A DNA stretch of 64,000 nucleotides from Isurus oxyrinchus (lineage: Eukaryota): the NCBI GenBank assembly GCA_026770705.1, contig JANJGN010000034.1:11284001-11348000 (forward strand), given 5' to 3'. Below the pieces are notes generated by a model that saw only the letters and a list, made by a program, of their open reading frames with translations, did no database searches and had not been told where the DNA came from. This document shows positions 25,150 to 36,028 of this stretch, one piece after another. The position numbers and the translations under genes were made by a program. Every line of letters begins with the position of its first letter. The first letter of the stretch is position 1.

Positions 25150-25470
25150 TCTCCGTGAGCCCCTTCTGTCCCCTGAAATCACTGCGATCCTCCAATTCTG
25201 GTCTCTGAATTACCCCGAACATTAATCACTCTTTCACGGTCGGACATTGCTGTTCACCTGCCTCAGTCCTAAATTCAAGAAATCCGATCCTGAACATTTC
25301 CACTTCTCTACCTCTCCCTGTTCAATAAGCAGCTTAAAACCGTTCCCTTTCACCGAGGTAACAGTCACTTGTCCTCTTTTTTTGCCCGGTGTCAAATTGA
25401 ATTTAGTAACAGCGCTAAGAAGCAGCTCGTGACGCTGTGTTAGGTTAAAGGCCTATATAATTGTTAGGTT
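25150..25470 (+). mobile_element. L2-type LINE 3-prime end
   Basis: LRSSNSGL..CLSPK remnants and tail gttaaaggcctatataattgttaggttgt. Confidence 0.65.
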
Positions 25471-25729
25471 GTCTCGTTTTGTTTACTGGCCCTGTGTTAT
25501 TGAAAGGATGACCTTAAATCGCCACTGGGTGGAATTTCTCCCTGAGCCGGCAGCACAAATCGGGTGCGGTCACTTTGGCCGTCCATTAAAGCCCGTCGCC
25601 GTACCCCACGGCTCTTCCCCACACTCTGAATATCGGACCCCTCTCCGGCTTAGATCTGGTTTCCCGTTCCTATTTAGATCATTTGACCTCCTGGCGAGCA
25701 GGAGGCTAACGGAAGACGGCCGGCGACAG

Positions 25730-26065
25730 GGAAGTAATGCGATAAAGGCCGCAGACTCCCTCTACGTTCAACTGCGGCAGCAACACTGGGTGCTCAGCTC
25801 TGAATGGACGGAGGTCAAGTCCGATGTTTATCGTCCCTCCCTATTCCAACGACAGACTGACCGATACCTTTCTCCCTGAATACTCAGTTCCTATACCCCG
25901 CCTCAGTCGACGGCTCCACTGGGTTTGCGGGGGGTGGGGGAGTTGGTGGGGGCGGGGGGGCTGGGGGGGTGGGGCGATGGGGACGGATGGGTGGAAATGC
26001 TTTGCCTCCGACTGTCACATTTATCTGAATGTTTTCTTTCAAGGTACTTAAACCCTGGGGATCAG
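25730..26065 (-). pseudogene. Gene A IgV-like N exon, disrupted
   Basis: Acceptor ctttccttag| then ADPQGLSTLKENIQINVTVGGKAF, a ~70-bp C-rich insertion, then VEPSTEAGYRN*VFREKGIGQ (conserved Trp changed to TGA); aligns with gene B N exons. Lower boundary uncertain. Confidence 0.75.
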
Positions 26066-26231
26066 CTAAGGAAAGGTAATCACATCAGTGAAGCGAAGCG
26101 GCCAAACTCGACACGGCATTTTCATTTCTAAACTGATAATTCCTGTTATATTTTAACCTGATTCTCTGACAAGCTCTTTTTGTCTTCCTTCTCTATCTTT
26201 AAAAGAAATCATAGGAGAAATTGATACTCAC

Positions 26232-26283
26232 CTTTATCCATTAATAAGCAAAGAGCGACCACAGTTAAAAGGGGTCTGATCAA
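26232..26283 (-). pseudogene. Gene A leader exon, (M to L)IRPLLTVVALCLLMDK, start codon mutated to TTG
   Basis: 52-nt hydrophobic exon ending G|GTGAGT (phase 1); same length and position as the gene B leader, which has ATG where this has TTG. Confidence 0.8.
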
Positions 26284-26319
26284 CCCAAGAAAACCTCGCC
26301 CACTGTCACACTCTCGGTA

Positions 26320-26405
26320 CAACTCGGTGACTGACCCGCACTTCCTGGTGTGCAGAGCAGATCAGGTCAATCATTGGCTAAAGCTGCAAAGCTGATTGGA
26401 CCGAG
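26320..26405 (-). promoter_or_regulatory. Gene A proximal promoter: CCAAT box (ctgattggaccg 26392-26403) and ETS-type site (acttcctg 26340-26347)
   Basis: Immediately upstream of the leader and alignable to 39700-39780 upstream of gene B. Confidence 0.55.
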
Positions 26406-26472
26406 TGCTTTTAACCCGACTGGAAACCTCACTTCACAGAAAAGCAGCTGCATATACATTCGAAATTAGGCT

Positions 26473-26606
26473 TGGCCTAAATAGCCAAGTGGTTATGGTG
26501 CTGGGTTTGTAACCTCAAGAGTTCAAATCTCACAATGGCAAACTATGAAACAATGTAACTTCATCTGAATAGGAACAGATGGAAACGTGTTTGTCGAAAG
26601 AGTTAC
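26473..26606 (+). mobile_element. Short tRNA-derived SINE
   Basis: A box TAGCCAAGTGG, B box GAGTTCAAATC, anticodon-loop-like TTGTAAC, unique 3-prime tail. Confidence 0.6.
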
Positions 26607-27599
26607 TTCAGAAATTATTGAAAATATGCAACGAAGTCGGTTTATTGTTAGTTGAGCAATTAAAACATTTCTCCAGGAATTAAAACATTAAAACATTTTA
26701 AAAAAAATCTCCGGGAATGTATTGCTAAAAGGTGAGTTTCAACTGGAAATGATTATTCCCTGGCCTACAATTTTAATCTAATTGGATAGTCCATTCAAAG
26801 GTTCCCGCTGATTGGCCTCCTTCTATAGTGGTGGGGGACGGCGGGGGAGGAGGAAGGTGCATGGTGTCATTTATTCATTATGTTTTGCGGCTTAGTTGTC
26901 AACATTCTCGCTGTGAGCCGGTACGTTGTGGGTGCCATTTCCCACTCCCGCTGTCCGCCACTGTTATGTGGCCTGCAGTCCTTCCAGTTCTCCACACGGG
27001 TCACGACTGTGAAAATAAACAGAAAGAGACATACATTCGTGTTCAGATGCTGTGCTTTTGGCATTGCTGTTCCCCGCCACCACCCCCCACCCACCCCCGA
27101 CCCCCACAGCCCCACACACCCCACCCATACCCCGCCGGCCGAGTTATCATACCAACAATGAATGCTCCTTCGGGAGGCAATTAAAATCGACCGCAGATTA
27201 GAAGAAGCATGAATTCTTGGCAGTTTGGCAACATGTCAATCAGAGGATATCTGGGAGCTTCAATCGAACATTTGGCCGAACATTTCACAAGCAAACATGT
27301 CGGCAGCAGATCATCCATGACGTGGCACATCCGGAGTTCAATGTTCAGGTGCAGGAAGGGTAGGGGATGAGGTAGGACTGACCAAGGGTAGGCCCACAGA
27401 TTACTGACTTTCTGTTTCCGTGTGAAACCTATACTTGGTCCTACATATTATATAAAAATTTTACGAAGCTGTCTTATTACAGAGAGCATATTTGTCCTTG
27501 CACTCGCTCTCTGAAAAACCACACTCAGTTTAGTCACTCTTCTTGTCATGCGTTTGTGCCCTTCGTATTGCATTGCGCATTGTATCCAAATAATCGTTC

Positions 27600-28400
27600 A
27601 GCAGTATCGAAGTTGAGTATTGCTAAAAAATTGACATGCAATCAAATCTTTTCCTCTTCCACTCATCTGAATAGCTCGCAAAAATTGTAATGCGGGAACA
27701 ACAATTTATACTGCATGAGCAGAGAGTGTTGAATGGTTGGCAATAGGATTCTGATTAATGGAGTTGTTGCCATGGAGAATGCAGCATGGGACAGTTAGCT
27801 GCTCAGCTTTGTTAAAATTAAAGCCAGGCAGGACGACTCTGATTAGTGTAGATGTTGCCCTGGGTAATGAAGCAGCGAATGAATTTTCCATAAACATATC
27901 TTTGGATGCAAGAAGGTGCAACATGTGAAAATGTTCATTTTGGTTGCAAAGGACAGGAGCCTGTGAGTGAATATATGTGAGCTCTAGGAGACACAAGTGA
28001 GCCACACTGCCACCTGACCGATAATGTTAAATTGCATTTCAGCATAATTCTTCGCACAATCAGGATTATTTGGCAGCTGTTGTCCTAACGTGGACCTTCG
28101 CCCTAAGTTGGACACAATATTTTGAGAGTTTTGCAAGCAAAGCCTGATTGGGGATAGTCAGTACCTTCCTTCCCTGTTGTGAACAGCCGAAGGGACATGC
28201 TGTTTGATACGACCTTCCAAATGCTGGGATGTATCGCCGTTGTACCTGACAATACACTGGCACTGAAATTCAAAGACCACATGGCCAATTGGTGAGTTAG
28301 GCCAAAAGCCTTTTTGGCTTGATGGCAACGTCCTTTTAGTGGAGATTGCCACCCGGAACCTAATGCATAGGAGCAGTGTGCTATGCCTAGCTTCGTTTAT
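27600..28400 (-). mobile_element. Penelope-like element 3-prime part (GIY-YIG endonuclease remnant plus terminal region)
   Basis: VVFEFQCQCIVRYNGDTSQHLEGRIKQHVP and HLCLLELTYIHSQAPVLCNQNE match the PLE GIY-YIG domain. Confidence 0.82.
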
Positions 28401-28479
28401 TTTATTGTGACATCGTACCCTTCCAGGGCAATCTGAAGTAGACTGGGCACTTTTCAGGACTGAATGTGGCAGCCTAAGG

Positions 28480-28960
28480 CCCACTACTGAGTTTGTACAA
28501 TATGCAGCAAAGGATAATTCGTTCAGGGGACATATTGTTCCACAGGATGACTTTGCTGTGCATGGCACATTGAGTCATTAAAACTGAACTGAGCTCAGTT
28601 ATACACCCGTGAAGCCATAAATATTCACACACAGGACAATGCCCATTGTTTAACAAAGGAAGCTGCCCTGGCATTGCTTCTTTGCAACTAAACAAAACTT
28701 ATGGAACAGTCATTGGGCAACACATTGACCAATCAGCATCGACCTGCCTGGATTGATTTTGAACAAAGCTGGACGGTTAGTTTCTTGCTGCATTCACCAT
28801 AGCAAGACTTCTGGCAATCAGAGTCCACTTGCCAATAAATCTGAATGATCTTCTCTTACAGTATAAATTGTTGTTTCCCTATTTCAATAGGAACCGTCTT
28901 GGGAGCAATCCTGATGCAAGGCTAACGGAAAGCATTGAGACCATGTGTCTACTTCCAGAA
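28480..28960 (+). mobile_element. Second Penelope-like 3-prime end in opposite orientation
   Basis: Inverted homology to 27600-27990 (cctgcctgg, aacaaagctg, gctgcattc, cagtataaattgttgtt). Confidence 0.7.
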
Positions 28961-31674
28961 GTACATTGTATTATAGCTTCCTGCTCGGAAATTAAGGATG
29001 CAAGTTGTCCGTAAATTAGGCACCCCTATTACTGAGCAATCCGATCACTGGTCTATACTGACAAGTTGCTCACGTTTCCATTTACTTGAAAAGTTTGTAA
29101 AATGCTAATCTGCCTCTCAATCCCAGTAAGTGAAATTTCAGATGTCGAAGTAACTGATGAAACATTTTAAAATGCGTATATTTTGAGGTGTCATGATTGA
29201 ATTGCTTAATTGAGCCTTTTTCTGTTGTGCTTCTTTGTTCAACCTTTAATTCAACTTTTCTCAACATCTCCCAAGTGCACGACTTGAGTTTCCATTTTCC
29301 TCCAATGTTTAGATCTTGGGAGATCACTTTGGATTCTGCAGTCTCTGATACCTAATTTCCCAATTTGCATTGACTCTGCTCAATCACCTAAAGTGATGAT
29401 ATTTGCAGGGAAACTGTGGTCTAACACACAGTACTGTACATTGAATAGTAAAGGCCACCAAGAGAGATTCAGTAAATTTCCCTTCAGCCCACCCAGTCTT
29501 CAGTGACCACTGTGAGTCACAGTTACTCATTAAAACTCTCTCCCTCACGAGGCACTTTAGCTCATCACTTTCGAAATCCAACGCCTCTTCTCCTGAGTAG
29601 CTTTAGTTCACAGGGTTGAAAATTCTGCAATCCGAACACAAATTACTGACATACTTCCAGCTCTTTTGCAGATGGTTAGTTCACTAAATTGGCACTGCTG
29701 TGCATTACTACAAACTTAGTCTACCAGTTGCACTGAGCTATAAATGGTTTCCAAGGTTTCTCTGCGCCCTAGCTGCCTCACACAGGACCAGCAACATTCC
29801 ACGACCATCTGAGCTCCCAGTTCTTCTCTGAACCTGAACTGCCTGGAGTCTGCTCAGTGTTCTGAAGCATCATTTGACTACATCAACTGTTTGAAAGGGG
29901 CACTGCAGTTCAGTTCTGATCATGTAAGATGATATGAGATTACATGCTGCATGATTTCTGGATAATGAGTGACCAGGCCTCACCATCACCTGAACCGAAT
30001 GAAGTGAAAAATGATGAGGACTTCAGTTACATGTTTAGATTGCAGATTGTCTGCTTGCCCTCCTGGGAGACAAAACATCTGATATCGGTAACATGATAGA
30101 TAAGCATAAATATCATGAAGTGTATGGACAGAGTTTTTTAGCGAGAGGCTGTTTCCTTTGATGGAAGCATCGAGAAACACAGGACACTGATTTATAGGGA
30201 ATGGGGAATGAGGAGACGCTTCTTTCATTAGTGGGTCGTTAGGATGCAGAATACACTGCCAGAGACTATGATGGAGGCACATTCAATCATGGCTTTAAGA
30301 AGGCTTTTGTGCCAAAAAGGAAAACATATGGGGAAAGGGTAGCGTAGTGGCATCACATGCAATTCTGTCACAGAGAGGTGGCACAGATATGGCAGGTTGA
30401 ATGGTCTCGCTCTATGCTACAAATATTCAATGATTCACGGAGGAATTTCAACGTGAATCGAAGGAAGAGCAAGTACGGTATTAAGCAACATACCCCCTTA
30501 CGTTAGTGAGGAAATTGCCTCCATATAACAATGTTCCACCTCCCCTCCCTCCAGCACCCCCTGCAAAACCAAACAACATGTGTTGCAATACAGAGAATCG
30601 ATCTTGGTTGGTCCGTTTTTTTTTTCAATTCCACCAATAACTTATGCCTTTGTTCACAAATCGCAAGCCGTGCAAACTCTGTTTCTAACTGCCTCTGTTG
30701 AATAGAAAGCTCTCATTTTACTTGTGCATCTAATGCTTGAATGCGGTTAGTCAGAAGGAAGTCCAAATGTTGCAGCCACTTGTACGGCAAAAGTGGCTCT
30801 GCAAACAGATATTTTTCACTTCTTATCTCACGATGTCACCTTTCCGCGGATGGAGTAATAATTAGTCAGAACCTTTCAGAATACTGACATGGTTCTCAGA
30901 AATTGGACCTTTCAAAATTACACTCACTGGTCTTATACTTATTGAGCGGGGAAGTATTGTTTCATGAGTAGCTGACAGCGGTGCACAATCCAAAGGGAAG
31001 ACTCATTAGACCATCCTGTTTGACATTTATCCTGCAGCCACGAGATTATCGCGATTTCATGACCATGTTATTTTACTGCGGTGAAATGAATTGCTCCTAA
31101 ATCAGGCAACGTGAGCAGCAACATTGTTCGTTTCCTGGGACTTTTCATGTGGATAGAAGCAACACAAAATCATTCGAAGCCAATTTTCAGTCCCTCGTAT
31201 TTTGTGCAACATTGTCAGGAGTGGCCAATTATCTGACGGGCAGGAAATGGTGACTGGGGTATATACACATTGAGGAGTTTTCTGCTCGTCAGTACTTAAA
31301 AAAATAGAACTTGCCTAAGGCGGATGGAGACGGCAAAGCAGCCAGTATGCCATGAAGTGCAATAACACTAGTGGAGGAAAAGGTGGAAGGTATGGCTCAC
31401 CATTGTTTGGAAGCTGCTTTCAGAAGCGATGCAATATAATACGTAGAATTTAAGCTCTTAGCAGCTAAGTTGACCGATCAGGGCCGTGCCAGCTTCCATG
31501 GTCCGAATGAAAGCCCTCCCACACTTTTTCACCTAAACCTTATCAACAATCTCCACCATATACTTGGCCAGCTTCTCCCTAAATTAATCGATACTGCTTG
31601 ACTCAACACTCCCTGTTGCCAAGTCCCATAATCTACGCATTCTCTAGTTGTACAGCTTTGACCTGAATTCCTTC

Positions 31675-31970
31675 TCTCTTCAGTCACCGTGCTGCAAGAA
31701 ACGGGTTGGCAACCATGGATTTGAATGAATCACATTGTTTCTCAAAGTGCTGCAGTGGTTTGCCATTGCCTTCTGCAACATGGCTCAACAAGACAGTCTC
31801 CCGCTCCGACGGACTGCTGCGTGGCGTGTTGGAAAGGGTTAACAGGATACTAATGAACCTGCCTGCCCACCACATGAACACACCATCTATTGCCATCACG
31901 ACTTGGAGTGAGATTTGAACCAGGGCCTTCTGGCTCAGAAGCAGGGTCACTTACAAGCATGCAACAAGCC
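31675..31970 (-). mobile_element. Degenerate tRNA-derived SINE
   Basis: B-box ggttcaaatctc on minus strand (gagatttgaacc) with upstream tRNA-like head. Confidence 0.55.
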
Positions 31971-33834
31971 TTCCGCTCAAATGCAAAACTGGGCATATTT
32001 GTTTCGAGATTATACTTAGGGCTCCAAAATTTGATTCGTCCTAAAGTGGAAGCATATTCTCCAGGCTTACACTTTCAAATGCCTTCAACATTTTAAGGAC
32101 ATCAGGAAAATGCCGCGGCCTATTTAGCCTTTCTAGATATTTAACACCTCTCAGTTTCGGTATCATGCTAGTAAATTCTGCACATTACAGTCTTAGGATT
32201 TAAATTTGTAATTCGATTATTAGGAAAAGTAGTGACAGCTACGCAAGTCCAACAATTATCCAAGTTTCGAATTCTGGCAATTATTTAAGTTGCTCATATC
32301 ATCATTCAGAGAGGGGCTGAAATGGCCACCTCTTTAAAGTGCAGATGGCGTATTGCATCATAGATTACAAAACAGTGACACTGAATGTTCAGACTCAAAT
32401 CGTTCATTGTTTCAGCCGAACTTGGCAGGTTTAGGGGAAGTGCTCCAACTGCTGACTTATCAATGTGAAACTGCAGGGCCAAAGGAAAGACCGAAGACAT
32501 GGAGGGAAAGAGCAACCTCTTGTATCTGAGAGCAACATGTTCCTGAGGCAGGGGGCCAGAACAAATTGAAACACTTAAACCAAACTTTAGGCACGAGGCA
32601 CCAGTTGATTTATGCTCTGCTTCCCAATAATTATTCATTTTAGCACTTTCAGTATAACACCTTGTAGAGACAAAATGTGCACTGAAGCAGAGACAGGTTT
32701 AGAGTTTGTGAGAGAGAGGCAACGAGACAAAGCGAAAGAAAAAGAAAGAGTCTCACTGTGGTTGAGATATGGACAGTGTGAGAGATAGGGAGGGAGTGGC
32801 AGAGGGACGCACTAAGTGAAAATTGAGGAAAGGTTGCAGGACGGGGGCATGGGGTGGTGGTGGCAGCAGAGAAGGGGACAGGGAAGGGTGTCAAACTATT
32901 AGGAGAAATTAAATATATTTCTTTATTATACGTAAATCTCCAGACAGCCATTACTGCTAAACATATTAACTGTTGAACCTTGCCAGGTGAACATTGCACA
33001 GCCTTGACAGCCAGGCTCGAGGCAAAGGTTGGCATAAATTAGATTAAGTGCTCCTCTCTCAGATAAGGAAGGGGCAAAATGGTGTTGACTAAGATATGGG
33101 AAGATGAACAATGGACAAAGAGGGGGCTTTGATGAAACACAAACAGTCTTGAGTTGCAAGAATCAAGGTTCATGTATATGTGCCTTAATTCTGATTGGAT
33201 AGCAAATATATATATACATGCTTTAGAATAATTGGAAAGGAAAATCGCATGTTTATGCACTCAATAGGATAGAGATAGTATGGAATCAATGTTGGTGGTT
33301 ATGAATTGGATGTCTTCAAATGAGCTCAAATATATTATGATAAGAAAAAGTACAAAAGCAATGAAATGTAATTGATCTGGGATCTTGGTCTCAATTCTTA
33401 GGCATGATTGCGCCCCCTTGCACATCTTTGAATAATGCTGGTTCAATGAAGCCTGAGTCTCGTGTGGTCATTGCGGCATCAGAGAGTGCAACATCCCCTC
33501 TTCACAAAAAAAGAAACGAGAGAGGCAAATGGACAATTGGATTCATTGAAGTGAAGGATGGGGGGAACAGTTCTTTTCACACTAATTATGTGTTAAGGTA
33601 GAATGGCTCCTGCAGCAACATCAGTCTCCTCCCTTAAGTTGTTTCCGTTCTCCATTGATTATCCTGTACTTGGAAGAGAGAGGCAATATTTAAAAGAGGC
33701 TCATTGTCATTCATAAGGCCGGAGAAAACGTAGCCAGATCTAACAAGATTACTGCTGCTGATGCCTTGAGTTTTCTTTAAGGTTTCTTTCAGAGCTTCTA
33801 ACAGCTATAAATAATCGGGAAACATTTACTCCTT

Positions 33835-34580
33835 TTTTTTCAATTCATCCACGGGGTGTGAAGTTCGCTGACTGGGCTATCACTTAATGCCCATCCCTAA
33901 TTGCAATTCAGATGGTGGTGGTGAGATGATATTTTGAACCGCTGCACTCCCTGTGGTGTAGGCACAACCACAGTGCTGTTAGGAAGGGAGTTCCAGGATT
34001 TTGACTCAGCGACAGTGAAGGAACGGCCGATATATTTCCAAGTCAGGTTGTTGAGTGGCTTGGAGGGGAACTTCCAGGTGGTGGTGCTCCCATGTGTCTG
34101 CTGCCCTTGTCCTGCTAGATGGTAGTGGTTGTGGGTTTGGAAGTTGATGTCCAAGGAGTATTCTGAATTTTTAAAGTGTACCTTGTGCATGGTACACACT
34201 TCTGCCACTGTGCGTCGGTGGTGGAGGGAATGAATGTTTGTGGATGGGATGCCAATTAAGCTGGCTGCTTTTTCCTGGATGGTGTCAAGCTTCTTGCTTC
34301 TTGTGGGAGCTGCGCTCATCCAGGCCAGTGGGGAGTATTCCACCAGCAGGGCATTGATTTTGGGGGAATCAGTGATGCTAATGTCATTGAACATCAAGAG
34401 CGATTGTTCGATTCTCTATTTTTGGAAATGTCATTGGCTGGTGTTTGTGTGGTGGGAATGTTATCGGCTAGTCGTCATCCCAAGCCAGGATATTGTCCAG
34501 GTCTGGCTGCATTTGGACATGGAGTGCGTCAGCATCTGTGGAATCGTGAATGGTGCTGGGCATTGTGCAATCATATGCAA
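33835..34580 (-). mobile_element. CR1-clade LINE 3-prime fragment
   Basis: VEYSPLAWMSAAPT..KLDTIQEKAASLIG..SKSWNSLPNSTV; same family as 19005-20930. Confidence 0.9.
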
Positions 34581-35992
34581 ATCATTCATATTTTACTATC
34601 ATGCATGGATTCTATGTCCTGTTTAATAATTCATTACTTCTCTCTGTTTCCTATGCTCAGAATACCAGTCGTCAAACCCCATAGCATAAATTCATGAAAC
34701 ATGCACCTTTATATCACATAAATACATAGTTCTATACATATTTTAACAAAAGCATGAAAAATTATGAATGGATATATTCGGCACCTGGAGATAATAATCC
34801 TTATCCAACATAGGCATGCTGGGTCAATAATGATGCATGGTGTAGGGTGCGGCAGATGCTGATGTTTATCTGTGAGTTGAAGTTTCACAGGATGGAGGAT
34901 ATGAGACTGTGATGGAGAGAAAATGAGCTTACACATCAAATTTGGGGTGGAGTTTGGCACCGGTTACAGCCTTGCAACAATAGCTGGGAAAATGGGGATC
35001 TAAAGGCTACAGAGGTTTCCACCTGAAGGTGTTCCATTTATCCTGATTCTCCGCTTCCTGGCCAATGGCCTTAATCTACCTACTGATTCACTAAAGGCAG
35101 CTGCATCTCATTCATGGTTTAATGTTCAACAAACAATGTGACATCACAGAAATAGAGGAGAGTCGTGGTGGTTGGCACAGAGGGAGAGATGGATGTTTAG
35201 AGCAAGTTGGTGGAAACAGATCCGATATCAAGGAATTTTGCCTCCAGAAGATAACAGGTACATGAGGTAAAGTTGCACAGGAATAGTTCAGTGGTTTAAC
35301 TGAAAGGCGGTAGATGGAGAGAATAGCCATATCTGCAAGTTCGCTGCCTTGATTTGGATCTCTTCTAGAGTTACTAAGGAATAGCAGTCCCACTGAGTTC
35401 AAAACTTAAGAATGATAGTTTTTTTGACTATACTGAAGAATGCAAACTGGCTGCAGAACCATACACGGTGCTCCATGACCAGGGAAAGACAGCTTGCTCT
35501 TCATCCGCCCAGGGCAGCTTCAGTGTTGCAGTCGGAATGCAAGCTGCAGCAGGGAGACATAAGTTGGGAGTCGGCTTAAATAGAGAAATGTATGTGATGT
35601 GTATCCATGTTCGGCATCTCTAGAGAGGAATGGGAATATCAATATGGGTGCTAGATTGCAGTTGCGGGTAGGGATTTTGGGGTTTTCTTGTGGGAAGTTA
35701 TTGCTAACATTAGTGTTGAAAATTAGAACATCCAAACTCAATAATGTTAAACTGGCAGCTGGAGTGAACTAGAGAGGCAGGAAAGGAATATGTTGAATAG
35801 GTGGTGAGACTCACTGATGTGATGACTTGCGACAAGGAATGATCGGAGATCTAACAGGAACTTCAAGGCAAGAAGAAATGCAAAGCATCGGTAATAAAGA
35901 CAAAATACGACGCATGCGCAGAACGTGAATCAAAAACAAAAAAATGCTGGAAAAACGCAGCAGGTCTGAAAGCATCTGTGGAGAGCGAGACC

Positions 35993-36028
35993 GAGTTAAC
36001 GTTTCGAGTCCATGTGACTCTACTTCAG
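35993..36028 (-). ncRNA. Minimal hammerhead ribozyme relic in a Penelope-associated repeat (about 35930-36030)
   Basis: Minus strand CTGAAGT-A-GAGTC-acatg-GACTC-GAAAC-GTTAAC-TC: core boxes, perfect stem II, palindromic stem III; one core mismatch to CUGANGA. Confidence 0.6.

Larger units (their letters stand above)
3905..26283 (-). pseudogene. Gene A: CEACAM-like Ig-superfamily receptor locus (L-N-A-B-stalk-TM-Cyt1..5) with disabled ectodomain exons and open TM/ITAM exons
   Basis: Ordered minus-strand exons with compatible splice phases; translated N, A, B and TM exons resemble CEACAM domains; cytoplasmic exons join into an ITAM. Confidence 0.88.

Noticed and set aside
26473-26550. Functional tRNA-Tyr gene
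   Set aside because: Acceptor and T stems do not pair properly and it continues into a SINE-like tail.
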